NCBI GenBank assembly: GCA_013297545.1
Contig: JAAFHH010000001.1
Location: forward strand, 1-32,562
Source of the DNA: Alphaproteobacteria bacterium
Lineage (GTDB): Bacteria > Pseudomonadota > Alphaproteobacteria > Elsterales > Elsteraceae
DNA: 32,562 bases
Direction of reading: 5' to 3'
Positions 1 to 8,330 of this stretch are shown piece by piece. Numbering within the stretch: position 1 is the stretch's first letter; each line of letters begins with the position of its first letter. Below the pieces are notes generated by a model. That model saw nothing but the letters and a program-made list of their open reading frames with translations, was not told the origin of the DNA and did not search any database. Made by a program: the position numbers and the translations under genes.

Positions 1-151
1 TCGTGTCCCGCCGCGTGGTGTAGGAGCTGTGGTCAACTGGCCCGCCGTAGCGCTCTCAGCGCCGGCGAAGGCGGGCCAGTTGTCCACAGTGGGGGTGGTC
101 ATCGTGGGTCTTCGATAAAGTCTGGTCACCACAACTCAACCCAACCGAAGG

Positions 152-1410
152 GTGACCACGATGACCGATGACATGATGACGCTTCGTTCGCTGCTGGAAA
201 AGAGCCCGGATGCGGACATGCTGCGGGAGATGATCGGATTTGCCGCCGAACGCCTGATGGAGCTCGAGGTTCAAGGCTTGACCGGCGCCGCCCACGGACA
301 GCGTTCGGCCGAACGCCGGGCGCAACGCAATGGCTACCGCGAGCGCGACTGGGAAACCCGAGCTGGCACAGTTGAACTGCGGATCCCAAAGCTACGCCAA
401 GGCAGCTACTTTCCCGGCTTCCTGGAGCCCAGGCGCTTGGCCGAAAAGGCGCTGACTGCCGTCATCCAAGAGGCCTACGTCCAAGGCATCTCAACGCGCT
501 CGGTCGATGATCTGGTGAAAGCACTTGGCATGAGCGGCATCTCGAAAAGCCAGGTCAGCCGGCTATGCGAGGATATCGACGAACGGGTGAAGACTTTCCT
601 GGAGCGGCCGATCGAGGGCGACTGGCCGTACGTCTGGCTCGACGCTACCTACGTAAAGGTGCGCCAGAACGGCCGCATCGTCTCTGTGGCGGTGACGATC
701 GCGGTGGCCGTCAACACCGACGGCCGGCGCGAGGTGCTGGGCATGGACATCGGTGCGTCGGAGGCCGAAACCTTCTGGATCGAGTTCCTGCGCACGCTCA
801 AACGCCGCGGCTTGGCTGGCGTGAAGCTGGTGATCTCCGACGCGCACGACGGCATCAAGGCGGCAGTTTCCAAGGTGTTTCGCGCGACCTGGCAGCGCTG
901 CCGGGTCCACCTGGCGACATTCCGGGCGCGCCCGGAATGCGCCGCATGCGCAACGCGCTCGCCCATGCCGGCAAGAGCGGGCGCCGCGTGGTGTCCGCTT
1001 TCATCGCCACCGCGTTTGCCCAGGATGATGCCGATCAGGCCAAAGCCCAGTGGCGCCAAGTTGCCGATCAGGTGCGCCCCAAGCTGCCGAAACTTGCAGC
1101 TCTGCTGGATCAGGCAGAACAAGATGTTCTGGCGTACATGACGTTTCCGAAAGAACACCGGGCGAAGATCCACTCGACCAATCCGCTTGAACGCCTCAAC
1201 GGCGAGATTAAGCGCCGCACCGATGTTGTTGGCATCTTCCCAAACGAGGCTGCGATCCGCCGTTTGGTTGGAGCAATACTGCTCGAACAAAACGATGCTG
1301 AGGCCGCAAAGCGGACGAAGGCCGTCCAGCGCGGGCGCTACATGACCCTGGAAACCATGGCGCCGCTCAGCGATGATCTGCACCTCGCGCTGCCCGCAGC
1401 GGCTGCGTGA
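152..1410 (+). pseudogene. IS256/mutator-family transposase, frameshifted
   Basis: The N-terminal ~250 aa lie in the 152 frame (..[25 protein letters not shown]). The C-terminal part lies in the 565 frame ([37 protein letters not shown]..). The two frames are separated by an extra ~32 nt at 914-945. Relative to copy B there is also an 18-nt in-frame indel at about 1298-1320. Confidence 0.9.
912..944. repeat. TGGCGAC + perfect 20-bp palindrome ATTCCGGGCGCGCCCGGAAT (919-938) + GCGCCG, interrupting the IS256 transposase reading frame
   Basis: Read directly from the sequence. The palindrome sits exactly between the conserved ..RCRVH and MRNALAH.. segments that are contiguous in this transposase family. 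Confidence 0.8.
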
Positions 1411-1480
1411 GCACCAGGATCAGGCCTGTCGGGACCTACACCACCCGTCCTGCTCCTACACCACGTCCAGGGACGTGACC

Positions 1481-1738
1481 GCAGCTGGAATTGCAGGCTG
1501 CTTGACCCCGACTGGCGAGCCGGAAACCAACTCCACGCGTCTTCTCCAAGACTTTGCAACAGAGCCCTTCGGAGCACCGTCCGACGTGGCGAACGCGGTC
1601 ACCTACTTCGCCTCTGCTGGCGGCGGCTTCATCACCGGCGAGACGCTGATTGTCGATGGCGGCAACCAGATCTGGGGCGACCGATGGACGATCCCGCGGC
1701 CAGCCTATTTCGACGGTCAGCAACCCAGCAGTCGGTGA
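1481..1738 (+). pseudogene. 3' remnant of a short-chain dehydrogenase/reductase gene, cut by IS256 copy A
   Basis: The frame immediately after the IS end reads ..PFGAPSDVANAVTYFASAGGGFITGETLIVDGGNQ.., a typical SDR C-terminus. There is no N-terminal Rossmann part; the IS end abuts at 1480/1481. Confidence 0.7.
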
Positions 1739-2844
1739 TGGACGGCATCGAGTGCAGCCAACGTCTGGTCTGCACTAAGACTGCCACGCAGGTGACGGCC
1801 GACGATCTCCCCGCCTTCGTTCTGCAAGGTCATGTATTTCGGGTAGCGCGGGCGGATAACGGCTGCCTCCAAGGTCGCCAGCGTGTCGCGGTAGAACTGC
1901 CCGGAGGACGCATTCAGCGCCTCACTCTGCCAGGCGGACCGATGAGCCGGCTGGCCTCCAGCAAGGCCGGTTGCGATCTGCACCTCGGCGCGGGTGAGGA
2001 AGGACGCGAACTCCAGGGCGAGGACGCGTTCAACGCAGCGGCGCGAAATCGCAAGGCCTGTGCCGCCGATGGTCGAGCCCGCTGGCGCGCCGCTGTCATC
2101 GGCGGAGGGCATGTCGGCAAAGGCGAGCTGGTGCGCGTACTTTCCCGGCAGTGCGTAGGAGACGTAACCGTAAACATACGGGCAGTAGGCGACGTTCTCG
2201 GAGCTCGCCATCGCCTCCTGCAGATCAATCGCGTTCCACTTGAGGGAGTGCGGGCGCCAATCACGCAAGGCCCGCAGGCGGGCGAGGGCCGTGTGGCCAG
2301 CCTCCCGCGCGACCAGCGGCTGATCACGCACAGAGCCCGGCGGCGCGCCAAGATTGCTGCACAAGGTGAAGAAGGTCATCAGCGAATGAACCGTGCCAAG
2401 CGCGACGCCAACCGGGACGGAGCGCGCGAGCACCACCACTTCGGACCAGGTGCGTGGCGGCCGACTGACCCGATCCGGCCGGTACACTGCAACCTGGCAG
2501 GCGGCATCAATCGGTACCGCCCAATGACCTTCGTAGCTATAGGTCGCAAAGCTTTTGCCGACGGTACCGCCTGCGATGCCGGCGAGATCAAGCGCGCCGG
2601 CCTCAGTTGTGAGGTCCAGCAAGCAACCGCTCTGTGCGACATCGCCCATGAACGGGTGGTCGAGGATGATGAGGTCGTAGCGGTCCGCCAGCTGCTCGAT
2701 CGGCGTTGATTCGAACCCGCGCAAGGGATGGGTGTCCCACAGCACCTCTGTCCCCGGATGCGCGCGCATGAAGTCGGCCGTCGCGGCGAACAGGCCCTCT
2801 CGCGCGCGCGGGTGATCCCAGGTGAGACCGCGGATGGTGCGCAT
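1717..2844 (-). CDS. Solute-binding-protein-fold protein (ABC family-1 like) without a recognisable signal peptide
   Basis: ORF 1717..2919. The start is taken at Met26 (MRTIRGLTWDHP..; ATG 2842-2844), 4 nt downstream of the upstream SDR stop. Length and composition resemble extracellular solute-binding proteins, but the N-terminus has no hydrophobic leader. Confidence 0.6.
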   Translation of the reverse strand: MRTIRGLTWDHPRAREGLFAATADFMRAHPGTEVLWDTHPLRGFESTPIEQLADRYDLIILDHPFMGDVAQSGCLLDLTTEAGALDLAGIAGGTVGKSFATYSYEGHWAVPIDAACQVAVYRPDRVSRPPRTWSEVVVLARSVPVGVALGTVHSLMTFFTLCSNLGAPPGSVRDQPLVAREAGHTALARLRALRDWRPHSLKWNAIDLQEAMASSENVAYCPYVYGYVSYALPGKYAHQLAFADMPSADDSGAPAGSTIGGTGLAISRRCVERVLALEFASFLTRAEVQIATGLAGGQPAHRSAWQSEALNASSGQFYRDTLATLEAAVIRPRYPKYMTLQNEGGEIVGRHLRGSLSADQTLAALDAVHHRLLGC

Positions 2845-2848
2845 AGGC

Positions 2849-3595
2849 CTAGTACGTCGCCCGGCCACCCGAGAGGTCGAACACCCCGCCGGTGGTGAAG
2901 CTGTTATCCTCACTGGCAAGCCACGCGATCATGGCGGCAGCCTCTTTGATTTCCAGGAACCGGCCGCGGGGGATCTTGGACAGCATGAAATTGATGTGCT
3001 CCGGCGCCATCTGATCAAAAATCCGCGTGCGCGCCGCCGCTGGGGTCACGCAGTTGACGGCGATGTTCTTCCCAGCGGTTTCCTTCCCCAAGGACTTGGT
3101 CAGCGCAATCACACCAGCTTTGGACGCTGAGTACGCCGCCGCGTTCGGGTTACCTTCCTTGCCAGCGATCGAGGCGATATTGACCACGCGCCCGTAGTCG
3201 CGCGCGATCATGCCGGGCACCACGGCTTTGCAGCAGTAGAACACGCCGTTGAGGTTGATATCGATGATCTGGCGCCATTCTTCGACCAAGTAGTCGACAA
3301 TCGGCCCGTTGGAGCCGGCGATGCCGGCGTTCGCGACCAAGATGTCAATCCGGCCGAGGGCAGCCTCGGTCGCCGGCACGGCGGCTGCCACCGCCGGGTA
3401 GTCGACCATATCGACGACTTGGAACACTGTGCCAGCGCCCAGGGTCTTGGCAGTCTGCTCGACCAGGCCTGCGTCGCGGTCCCACAGGCACACACGCGCA
3501 CCAGAAGCGACAAAGCGTTCCGCTACTGCCCGGCCGATGCCTTGGGCGCCGCCAGTGACCACAGCCATACGGCCGGACAAGTCGATCTTGTTCAT
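2849..3595 (-). CDS. Short-chain dehydrogenase/reductase (classical SDR; sugar or 2-keto-3-deoxy-acid dehydrogenase candidate)
   Basis: MNKIDLSGRMAVVTGGAQGIGRA (TGxxxGIG), NAG, and Y..SK in AAAYSASKAG. The start ATG 3593-3595 overlaps the mutarotase stop (ATGA). Confidence 0.85.
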   Translation of the reverse strand: MNKIDLSGRMAVVTGGAQGIGRAVAERFVASGARVCLWDRDAGLVEQTAKTLGAGTVFQVVDMVDYPAVAAAVPATEAALGRIDILVANAGIAGSNGPIVDYLVEEWRQIIDINLNGVFYCCKAVVPGMIARDYGRVVNIASIAGKEGNPNAAAYSASKAGVIALTKSLGKETAGKNIAVNCVTPAAARTRIFDQMAPEHINFMLSKIPRGRFLEIKEAAAMIAWLASEDNSFTTGGVFDLSGGRATY

Positions 3596-3930
3596 GCGTC
3601 GTCTCCCGTGTTGGTTTGGGTGAGGTCCCACTGTAGCTCCAAGAGCTGAGGGAAGCTCGTCTCAGGGTCGATGGTCTGGGTCATCAGGCCAGCCATGTGG
3701 GCCGACCAGCGCGCGCGCACCGCGCTTGCCGCCATGTGGCGGGCAGCCGCGATCGGATCGGCGCACTCGAAGCAGGCAAACAGGGTGAGGCCATCGCGAA
3801 AGATCGCGTAGCGGGTGAAGCCGGCCGCCTTCAGCTGGGCGACCATCTCCGGCCAGATCTGATCGTGGCGCTGTTTGTAGGCGGCCTCGCATCCCGGTGT
3901 CAGGCGGCCAGTCCAGGCGTAGGTTGGCAT
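3592..3930 (-). CDS. rhaM: L-rhamnose mutarotase family protein (RhaM/DUF718 fold)
   Basis: 112 aa. ..AYKQRHDQIWPEMVAQLKAAGFTRYAIFRDGLTLFACFE.. matches the RhaM pattern (H..IWPE.. ..NYSIF). The operon context is sugar acid genes. Confidence 0.75.
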   Translation of the reverse strand: MPTYAWTGRLTPGCEAAYKQRHDQIWPEMVAQLKAAGFTRYAIFRDGLTLFACFECADPIAAARHMAASAVRARWSAHMAGLMTQTIDPETSFPQLLELQWDLTQTNTGDDA

Positions 3931-3937
3931 CTCGCCC

Positions 3938-5095
3938 TCACGCGATCCGAACGGCGGGTGGGTCCGCCAGATGCGCCAGCACCTCCGCCGGCGGACTGTT
4001 GCCGGGACCCCGCGGCACAGACACCTGGCCGTGGTGGCGCCTCCCCTCCTCCCCCATCAGCCGGTAGAGTGCCGAGCCAGGGCCGCGGTCGACGAATTCG
4101 ACAATGGGATTGGTCTGCCGCGCGGCGGCCATGGCGAGTGCCCAAGGCTGCTCGCAGGTGTTGTGCAGAATGACCGGCACGCTGTCCGCCGCCGCCATCT
4201 CAAGAATGCGCAAGCCTTCCGTGATGCCGCCGGCCCAGGCGACATCGGGCTGCAGCACATCCACCAGCCGCTCGCGCACCAGCACTGCGCAATCCCAGCG
4301 GCTGAAGCAGAAGTTGCCCAGTGCCAACCGAACATCACCAAGGCCATGCTCCCGGATCCGGCGCAAACCGTCGAGATCGTGGGGCGGCAGCGGATCTTCG
4401 ATCCAGAAGAGGTCGAGGCCCTGGGCCGCGTCGGCAAAGCGTAGCGTGTAGTCGGCATCCCAGGCCATGAACGCATCCAGCATCACCGCACGGTTCGGGC
4501 CGGCGAGATTGCGAAAGCGCTGCATCAGCGCGACGTTCGCGGCCAGCCCCTCTGCGCCTGCTTCCGGCCCATAGGGCATCGCCGCTTTGAGGCCCCACCA
4601 GCCTGCCGCTGCTTGGGCCTCCGGCGTGTTGGTGGTAGCATAGCAGTCAAGCTGGTCCTGTTTAGCGCCGCCCAGCAGGTCGACCAGCGGCTTTCCCAGG
4701 GTTTTGGCGAGCAGATCCCACAGCGCAATGTCGATGCCGGCGACCGCCATCATCGAAAACCCGCCGCTGCCATAGGGCATCAGGGCGCTGACCATCTGAT
4801 CCCATACCTCGGCGATGTCGCCGATGCTCGCGATCGCCTGGCCGACCAGCAGGCGGGCGAGGTGATCGGCCACAATCGCTTGGCTGATTTCACCGCCGTT
4901 CGTGCAGGCCCACCCTACCCTGCCCTCGCTGCTATCGATGCGCACGAAGGTCTTCTTGGTCGGCCACATCCAGCTCGATCGACGTTCGGCAAACTGCGGC
5001 CAGCGCGCCATAGGCGAGGCGATGCGGCTTGTCTGCAGTGCTTGCTTCTGGAAGCCGACGTCAACGGCGACGGCGCGCACGGACGTGATCTTCAT
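3938..5095 (-). CDS. Enolase-superfamily acid-sugar dehydratase, L-rhamnonate dehydratase-like
   Basis: 385 aa. ..IASPMARW.., GIDIALWDLLAKTLGKPLVDLLGG, VMLDAFMAW, FWIEDPLPP, QPDVAWAGG and VILHNT correspond to the RhamD-type capping and barrel motifs as I recall them. Confidence 0.75.
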   Translation of the reverse strand: MKITSVRAVAVDVGFQKQALQTSRIASPMARWPQFAERRSSWMWPTKKTFVRIDSSEGRVGWACTNGGEISQAIVADHLARLLVGQAIASIGDIAEVWDQMVSALMPYGSGGFSMMAVAGIDIALWDLLAKTLGKPLVDLLGGAKQDQLDCYATTNTPEAQAAAGWWGLKAAMPYGPEAGAEGLAANVALMQRFRNLAGPNRAVMLDAFMAWDADYTLRFADAAQGLDLFWIEDPLPPHDLDGLRRIREHGLGDVRLALGNFCFSRWDCAVLVRERLVDVLQPDVAWAGGITEGLRILEMAAADSVPVILHNTCEQPWALAMAAARQTNPIVEFVDRGPGSALYRLMGEEGRRHHGQVSVPRGPGNSPPAEVLAHLADPPAVRIA

Positions 5096-5940
5096 CCCTT
5101 GACCGCTCCTTGCAGCAGGCCGCGGGTGAAGTAGCGCTGGCCGAAGATAAAGATGGCGAGGATCGGCAACGCAACCAAAGTCGCCGCAGCGCCAACCCGC
5201 TGAAACTCCAGCGAGAAATAGTCAACGAAGGAGGCAAGACCGATGGTCACGGTTTTGTTCGCGGTCGATTCAATCAAGATCGAGGCGAACGCAAATTCCG
5301 ACCAGGCACCCACGAAGTGCCACATCGCCGCGGTGATGAGAGACGGTGTTGCGAGCGGCAGCACGATGATCACCATCGACTGCAGCCGGCTCGCCCCATC
5401 CATCATTGCGGATTCTTCCAGTTCCACTGGGATTTCGCGCAGGCCGCTCGCGATGATCCAGGTCGCGAACGGCAGCCCGAAGGCGGAATAAAGCAAGATC
5501 AAGCCGAATAGCGAGTCTGACAGATCAAGCCAATTCATCAGCCGGAAAGTCGGCAGCAACAAGGCCGCACCCTGGAACATCCGGCTGACCAACAGCCCGC
5601 CCAGAATGAGGTCGCGGCCCGGAAACTTCAGGCGGCTGAAGGCGTAGCCAGCAATGGTGCCGAAGAACACGACGATCACGGTGGAGGCGACCGATACCAA
5701 GAGGCTGTTGCCGATCAAGGTTGGCCAATCGAGCAGCTGGTTCGATTGGCTGCCCCGCGCAAACAAATCCGTGTACGCCGCAAGCGATGGCTCGGCTGGC
5801 CAAAACGTGGCCGGCAGCCGGGCGAGTTCATCGCCCGATTTGAAGGAGGCCAGGAACAGCCAGAAAATCGGGAACAACACGAACAGGGCGATCACGATCC
5901 CGATCAGCGCGAACGCCGCCTCGGACAAAATGCGCTTCAT
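5092..5940 (-). CDS. Carbohydrate ABC transporter permease (MalG/CUT1 type)
   Basis: 282 aa, multi-pass hydrophobic. EAA-like loop ..ESAMMDGASRLQSMVIIVLP... Overlaps its neighbours by 4 nt at both ends. Confidence 0.85.
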   Translation of the reverse strand: MKRILSEAAFALIGIVIALFVLFPIFWLFLASFKSGDELARLPATFWPAEPSLAAYTDLFARGSQSNQLLDWPTLIGNSLLVSVASTVIVVFFGTIAGYAFSRLKFPGRDLILGGLLVSRMFQGAALLLPTFRLMNWLDLSDSLFGLILLYSAFGLPFATWIIASGLREIPVELEESAMMDGASRLQSMVIIVLPLATPSLITAAMWHFVGAWSEFAFASILIESTANKTVTIGLASFVDYFSLEFQRVGAAATLVALPILAIFIFGQRYFTRGLLQGAVKG

Positions 5941-6824
5941 GCCGACGCTCCCGACCGCCAGGACCGGCGCACGACATAGAGATAGAGCGACACGATACCC
6001 AGCAACATGACCAAGTTGATGACCGACATGGCTGAGCCAACCCCCCAGTTAAAAAACTGGAAGCTCTGCTGGTAGATGTAGGTCGACAGGATTTGGCTGG
6101 CGTTCGCCGGCCCGCCGCCCGTCATCACCCAGGGCAAGGTGAACTCCGCCGTGATCCAGATCATCGAGATGACCGAGACGGCCGTCAGCGAAAACGCGAT
6201 GTGCGGCAGCACGATGTAGCGAAACTGCTCCCAGCCATTCGCTCCGTCGAGGCGTGCCGCCTCAAAGTGTTCCTGCGGCACCGACCGGATCGCGGCACAC
6301 AGGATCAAGGCGACCAACGGCATCTTGCGCCACACCACCACGGCGACCAGCACCCACATCACCAGATCCGGATCGCCAAGCAGCGAGATCGGCTGATCAG
6401 ACAGGCCTGCTGCTTGAATGGTCTGGCCGATGATGCCGACTTGGCCGTGCAGCATCCACTTCCACGCCATCGCGGTTACCACATCGGGCAAGATCCAGGG
6501 CAGCAGAATGATCGCCCGCAGCGCGGTCGGCATCCGGCCATCCCGGGCGAGATAGGCCCCGACTCCAAGGCCGAGCAGCACACAGAAGAGGGTGCCGCCG
6601 AGGATCCAGATCGCCGTGTTGACCAGCACCAGCGTGAACAGCGGATCGGCAAACAGCGCACGGAAATTCACCAGCGTGCCAAAGCCGCGTTCCTGCCCCA
6701 TCACGAAGCGGGTGAAGCTCAAGGAAAACACGTCGTAAGTCGGCCCAACCACGAAGGCGAGCACGGCTGCGACCACCGGCAGAACCATCGCGTACGCCAG
6801 CCACCTGTCGCTCAATCGGCGCAT
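5937..6824 (-). CDS. Carbohydrate ABC transporter permease (MalF/CUT1 type)
   Basis: The start is taken at Met37 of ORF 5937..6932 (MRRLSDRWLAYAMVLPVV..). EAA loop ..FEAARLDGANGWEQFRYIVLP... Confidence 0.85.
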   Translation of the reverse strand: MRRLSDRWLAYAMVLPVVAAVLAFVVGPTYDVFSLSFTRFVMGQERGFGTLVNFRALFADPLFTLVLVNTAIWILGGTLFCVLLGLGVGAYLARDGRMPTALRAIILLPWILPDVVTAMAWKWMLHGQVGIIGQTIQAAGLSDQPISLLGDPDLVMWVLVAVVVWRKMPLVALILCAAIRSVPQEHFEAARLDGANGWEQFRYIVLPHIAFSLTAVSVISMIWITAEFTLPWVMTGGGPANASQILSTYIYQQSFQFFNWGVGSAMSVINLVMLLGIVSLYLYVVRRSWRSGASA

Positions 6825-6891
6825 GCAGAGTCCAGACACAAGAGGTGGAGGCGGTGGCCGCGCCCAAGGACAGGCGCGGCCACACTCGAAC

Positions 6892-8205
6892 TCAGCCGCG
6901 CAGTATGTCGATTTGCTGCTGGGCCGCCGCATTGGCCGCGTTCAGCGCATCGATGACCGACCGCTGGCCGAGCACGACCTGCTGCATCGCTGTGCCGAGG
7001 GCTGCTTCCACGACCGACACACCAATGAAGCGCGGCATCGGCTCCGCACCTTGGAACAAGGTGCCGGCCCGATAGGACTCAACCCAGCCCGGCCAGCGCT
7101 TGGCGAGGCCTTCCGACGCCCAAGCAATCTTGCCACCGGGAATGCGCGAGAACTCCGGCGCGTCACCCCACAGCGCCAACTGCTGATTTTGGGACCAGAA
7201 GTTCAAGTATTCCACCGCCGCGTCCGCATTGGTGGTGCGGGCCGATACCATCAGGATCGCAGTTGGATCCATCAGCGCGGCCACCGCCGGCTTCGATCCG
7301 GTCACCCGGTCGGGCCGCGGGAACGGCGTGCCAGTCCAGTTCAGCGTGTCCGGCGTACCCCACGGCGTGTTGAGCCAGGACATGCCCATCCACATGGCGC
7401 AGCGCCCTTGCGCGAACAGTGTTGCCGTGTCGCGGAAGTTGGTGCCGGTCATCGCCGTGCCGGGTGGCGTCGAGCCATCGGCAATCAGATCGGCGTAGAG
7501 CTGCAGGGCATCGACCATGCCCTTTTCATTCAGCATGACCTTCTTGGTCTCTTCGTCGAAAATGCGCGCGCCGTTGGCGTAGGCGATCGCCTCGAAGATG
7601 TTGATGTCGACCGGTGCGGTGGTGGCCGGAATGGCGATGCCCGGGCGGTTCGGCTTGGTCATCGCCTTGGCGTATTGGCGCAGCTCCGACCAAGTGGCCG
7701 GCGGGCGCGTGAAGCCGGCTTCCCGCATGGCGGTGAGGTCGATCGCCAGGAACGAGGCCATGTCGACATAGGTCGGCAGGCCATAGAGCGCGCCTTCGTG
7801 CATGCCCGACGCCAGCACTTCCGGCACCAGCCGGTCTTTCCAGCCGGCGATGCGGTTGCCCGCAATGCCTTCGAGCGGCTGGATCATACCAAAGCCCGCA
7901 AATTCCGGGATGTCTTGCCCGAACGCGATCACCACATCGGCCAGCTGGCGGGTTTGGAACCCGGCCAGGATCTTCTGCCGGCGGATCTGGCCGTTGAAGT
8001 AGGAATAGTTCAGCCGCACTGCCGGCTGCGAGGCTGAGAAGGCTGCGTCCTGCTTTGGCCAGAACTCGACTTCCCTGGGTGTGCCGCCGAATTTCCAAAC
8101 ATTGAGCCGGCCAGATGCGGCCTGCGCACCCTGAGGCAGGGCGGTCGTTGCCGCCAGCGCGGCCGCACCACCCATCAGGTGGCGACGGTTGATCGATGTG
8201 TGCAT
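6892..8205 (-). CDS. Carbohydrate ABC transporter substrate-binding protein with Tat-like signal
   Basis: The start is taken at Met28 (MHTSINRRHLMGGAAALAATTALPQGAQA; ATG 8203-8205), preceded by GGAGG (8211-8215 on the complement). The length is typical of a family-1 binding protein. Confidence 0.85.
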   Translation of the reverse strand: MHTSINRRHLMGGAAALAATTALPQGAQAASGRLNVWKFGGTPREVEFWPKQDAAFSASQPAVRLNYSYFNGQIRRQKILAGFQTRQLADVVIAFGQDIPEFAGFGMIQPLEGIAGNRIAGWKDRLVPEVLASGMHEGALYGLPTYVDMASFLAIDLTAMREAGFTRPPATWSELRQYAKAMTKPNRPGIAIPATTAPVDINIFEAIAYANGARIFDEETKKVMLNEKGMVDALQLYADLIADGSTPPGTAMTGTNFRDTATLFAQGRCAMWMGMSWLNTPWGTPDTLNWTGTPFPRPDRVTGSKPAVAALMDPTAILMVSARTTNADAAVEYLNFWSQNQQLALWGDAPEFSRIPGGKIAWASEGLAKRWPGWVESYRAGTLFQGAEPMPRFIGVSVVEAALGTAMQQVVLGQRSVIDALNAANAAAQQQIDILRG

Positions 8206-8241
8206 GGTTTCCTCCCCGAAACGACTGCACATCCACTGGAT

Positions 8242-8258
8242 CACGAATGATATTCGTG
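8242..8258. promoter_or_regulatory. Candidate LacI-family operator in the divergent promoter region: CACGAAT-GAT-ATTCGTG (7-3-7 inverted repeat)
   Basis: A perfect inverted repeat read in the 125-nt gap between the binding-protein gene and the LacI gene. A second palindrome, ATTCGAAT, lies at 8274-8281. Confidence 0.4.
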
Positions 8259-8330
8259 CGTCAAGCGGATGACATTCGAATCGCATTGGGTTAGACAGAG
8301 GTTCAGTACGTACCCGCGCGAGGAGAGCCT

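Larger units (their letters stand above)
1..1480 (+). mobile_element. IS256-family insertion sequence, copy A (decayed; left inverted repeat begins at or about 2 nt before the window edge)
   Basis: Terminal inverted repeats: 1-27 TCGTGTCCCGCCGCGTGGTGTAGGAGC matches the reverse complement of 1452-1480 (GGTCACGTCCCTGGACGTGGTGTAGGAGC). The element encloses a mutator/IS256-type transposase. The right boundary is set where copy A and copy B (32271 onward, opposite strand) stop being alignable. Confidence 0.85.

Noticed and set aside
1373-1738. ORFs 1373..1738 (+) and 31659..32378 (-) share an N-terminus ([32 protein letters not shown]..), suggesting a repeated small gene.
   Set aside because: The shared part is simply the out-of-frame translation of the IS256 3' end and terminal inverted repeat present in both copies. 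The remainders are unrelated (SDR remnant frame versus antisense of IS66 tnpC).
1684-2709. Long antisense or overlapping ORFs throughout the window. Examples: 1684..2709, 6093..6956, 6823..8037, 9320..10120, 10735..11325, 11308..12243, 15866..16999, 18541..19764, 19812..20582, 22156..23196.
   Set aside because: They lie opposite or out of frame to ORFs with clear family motifs. Their products are Arg/Pro/Gly/His-rich with no recognisable motifs. Such shadow ORFs are expected in ~65-70% G+C DNA.
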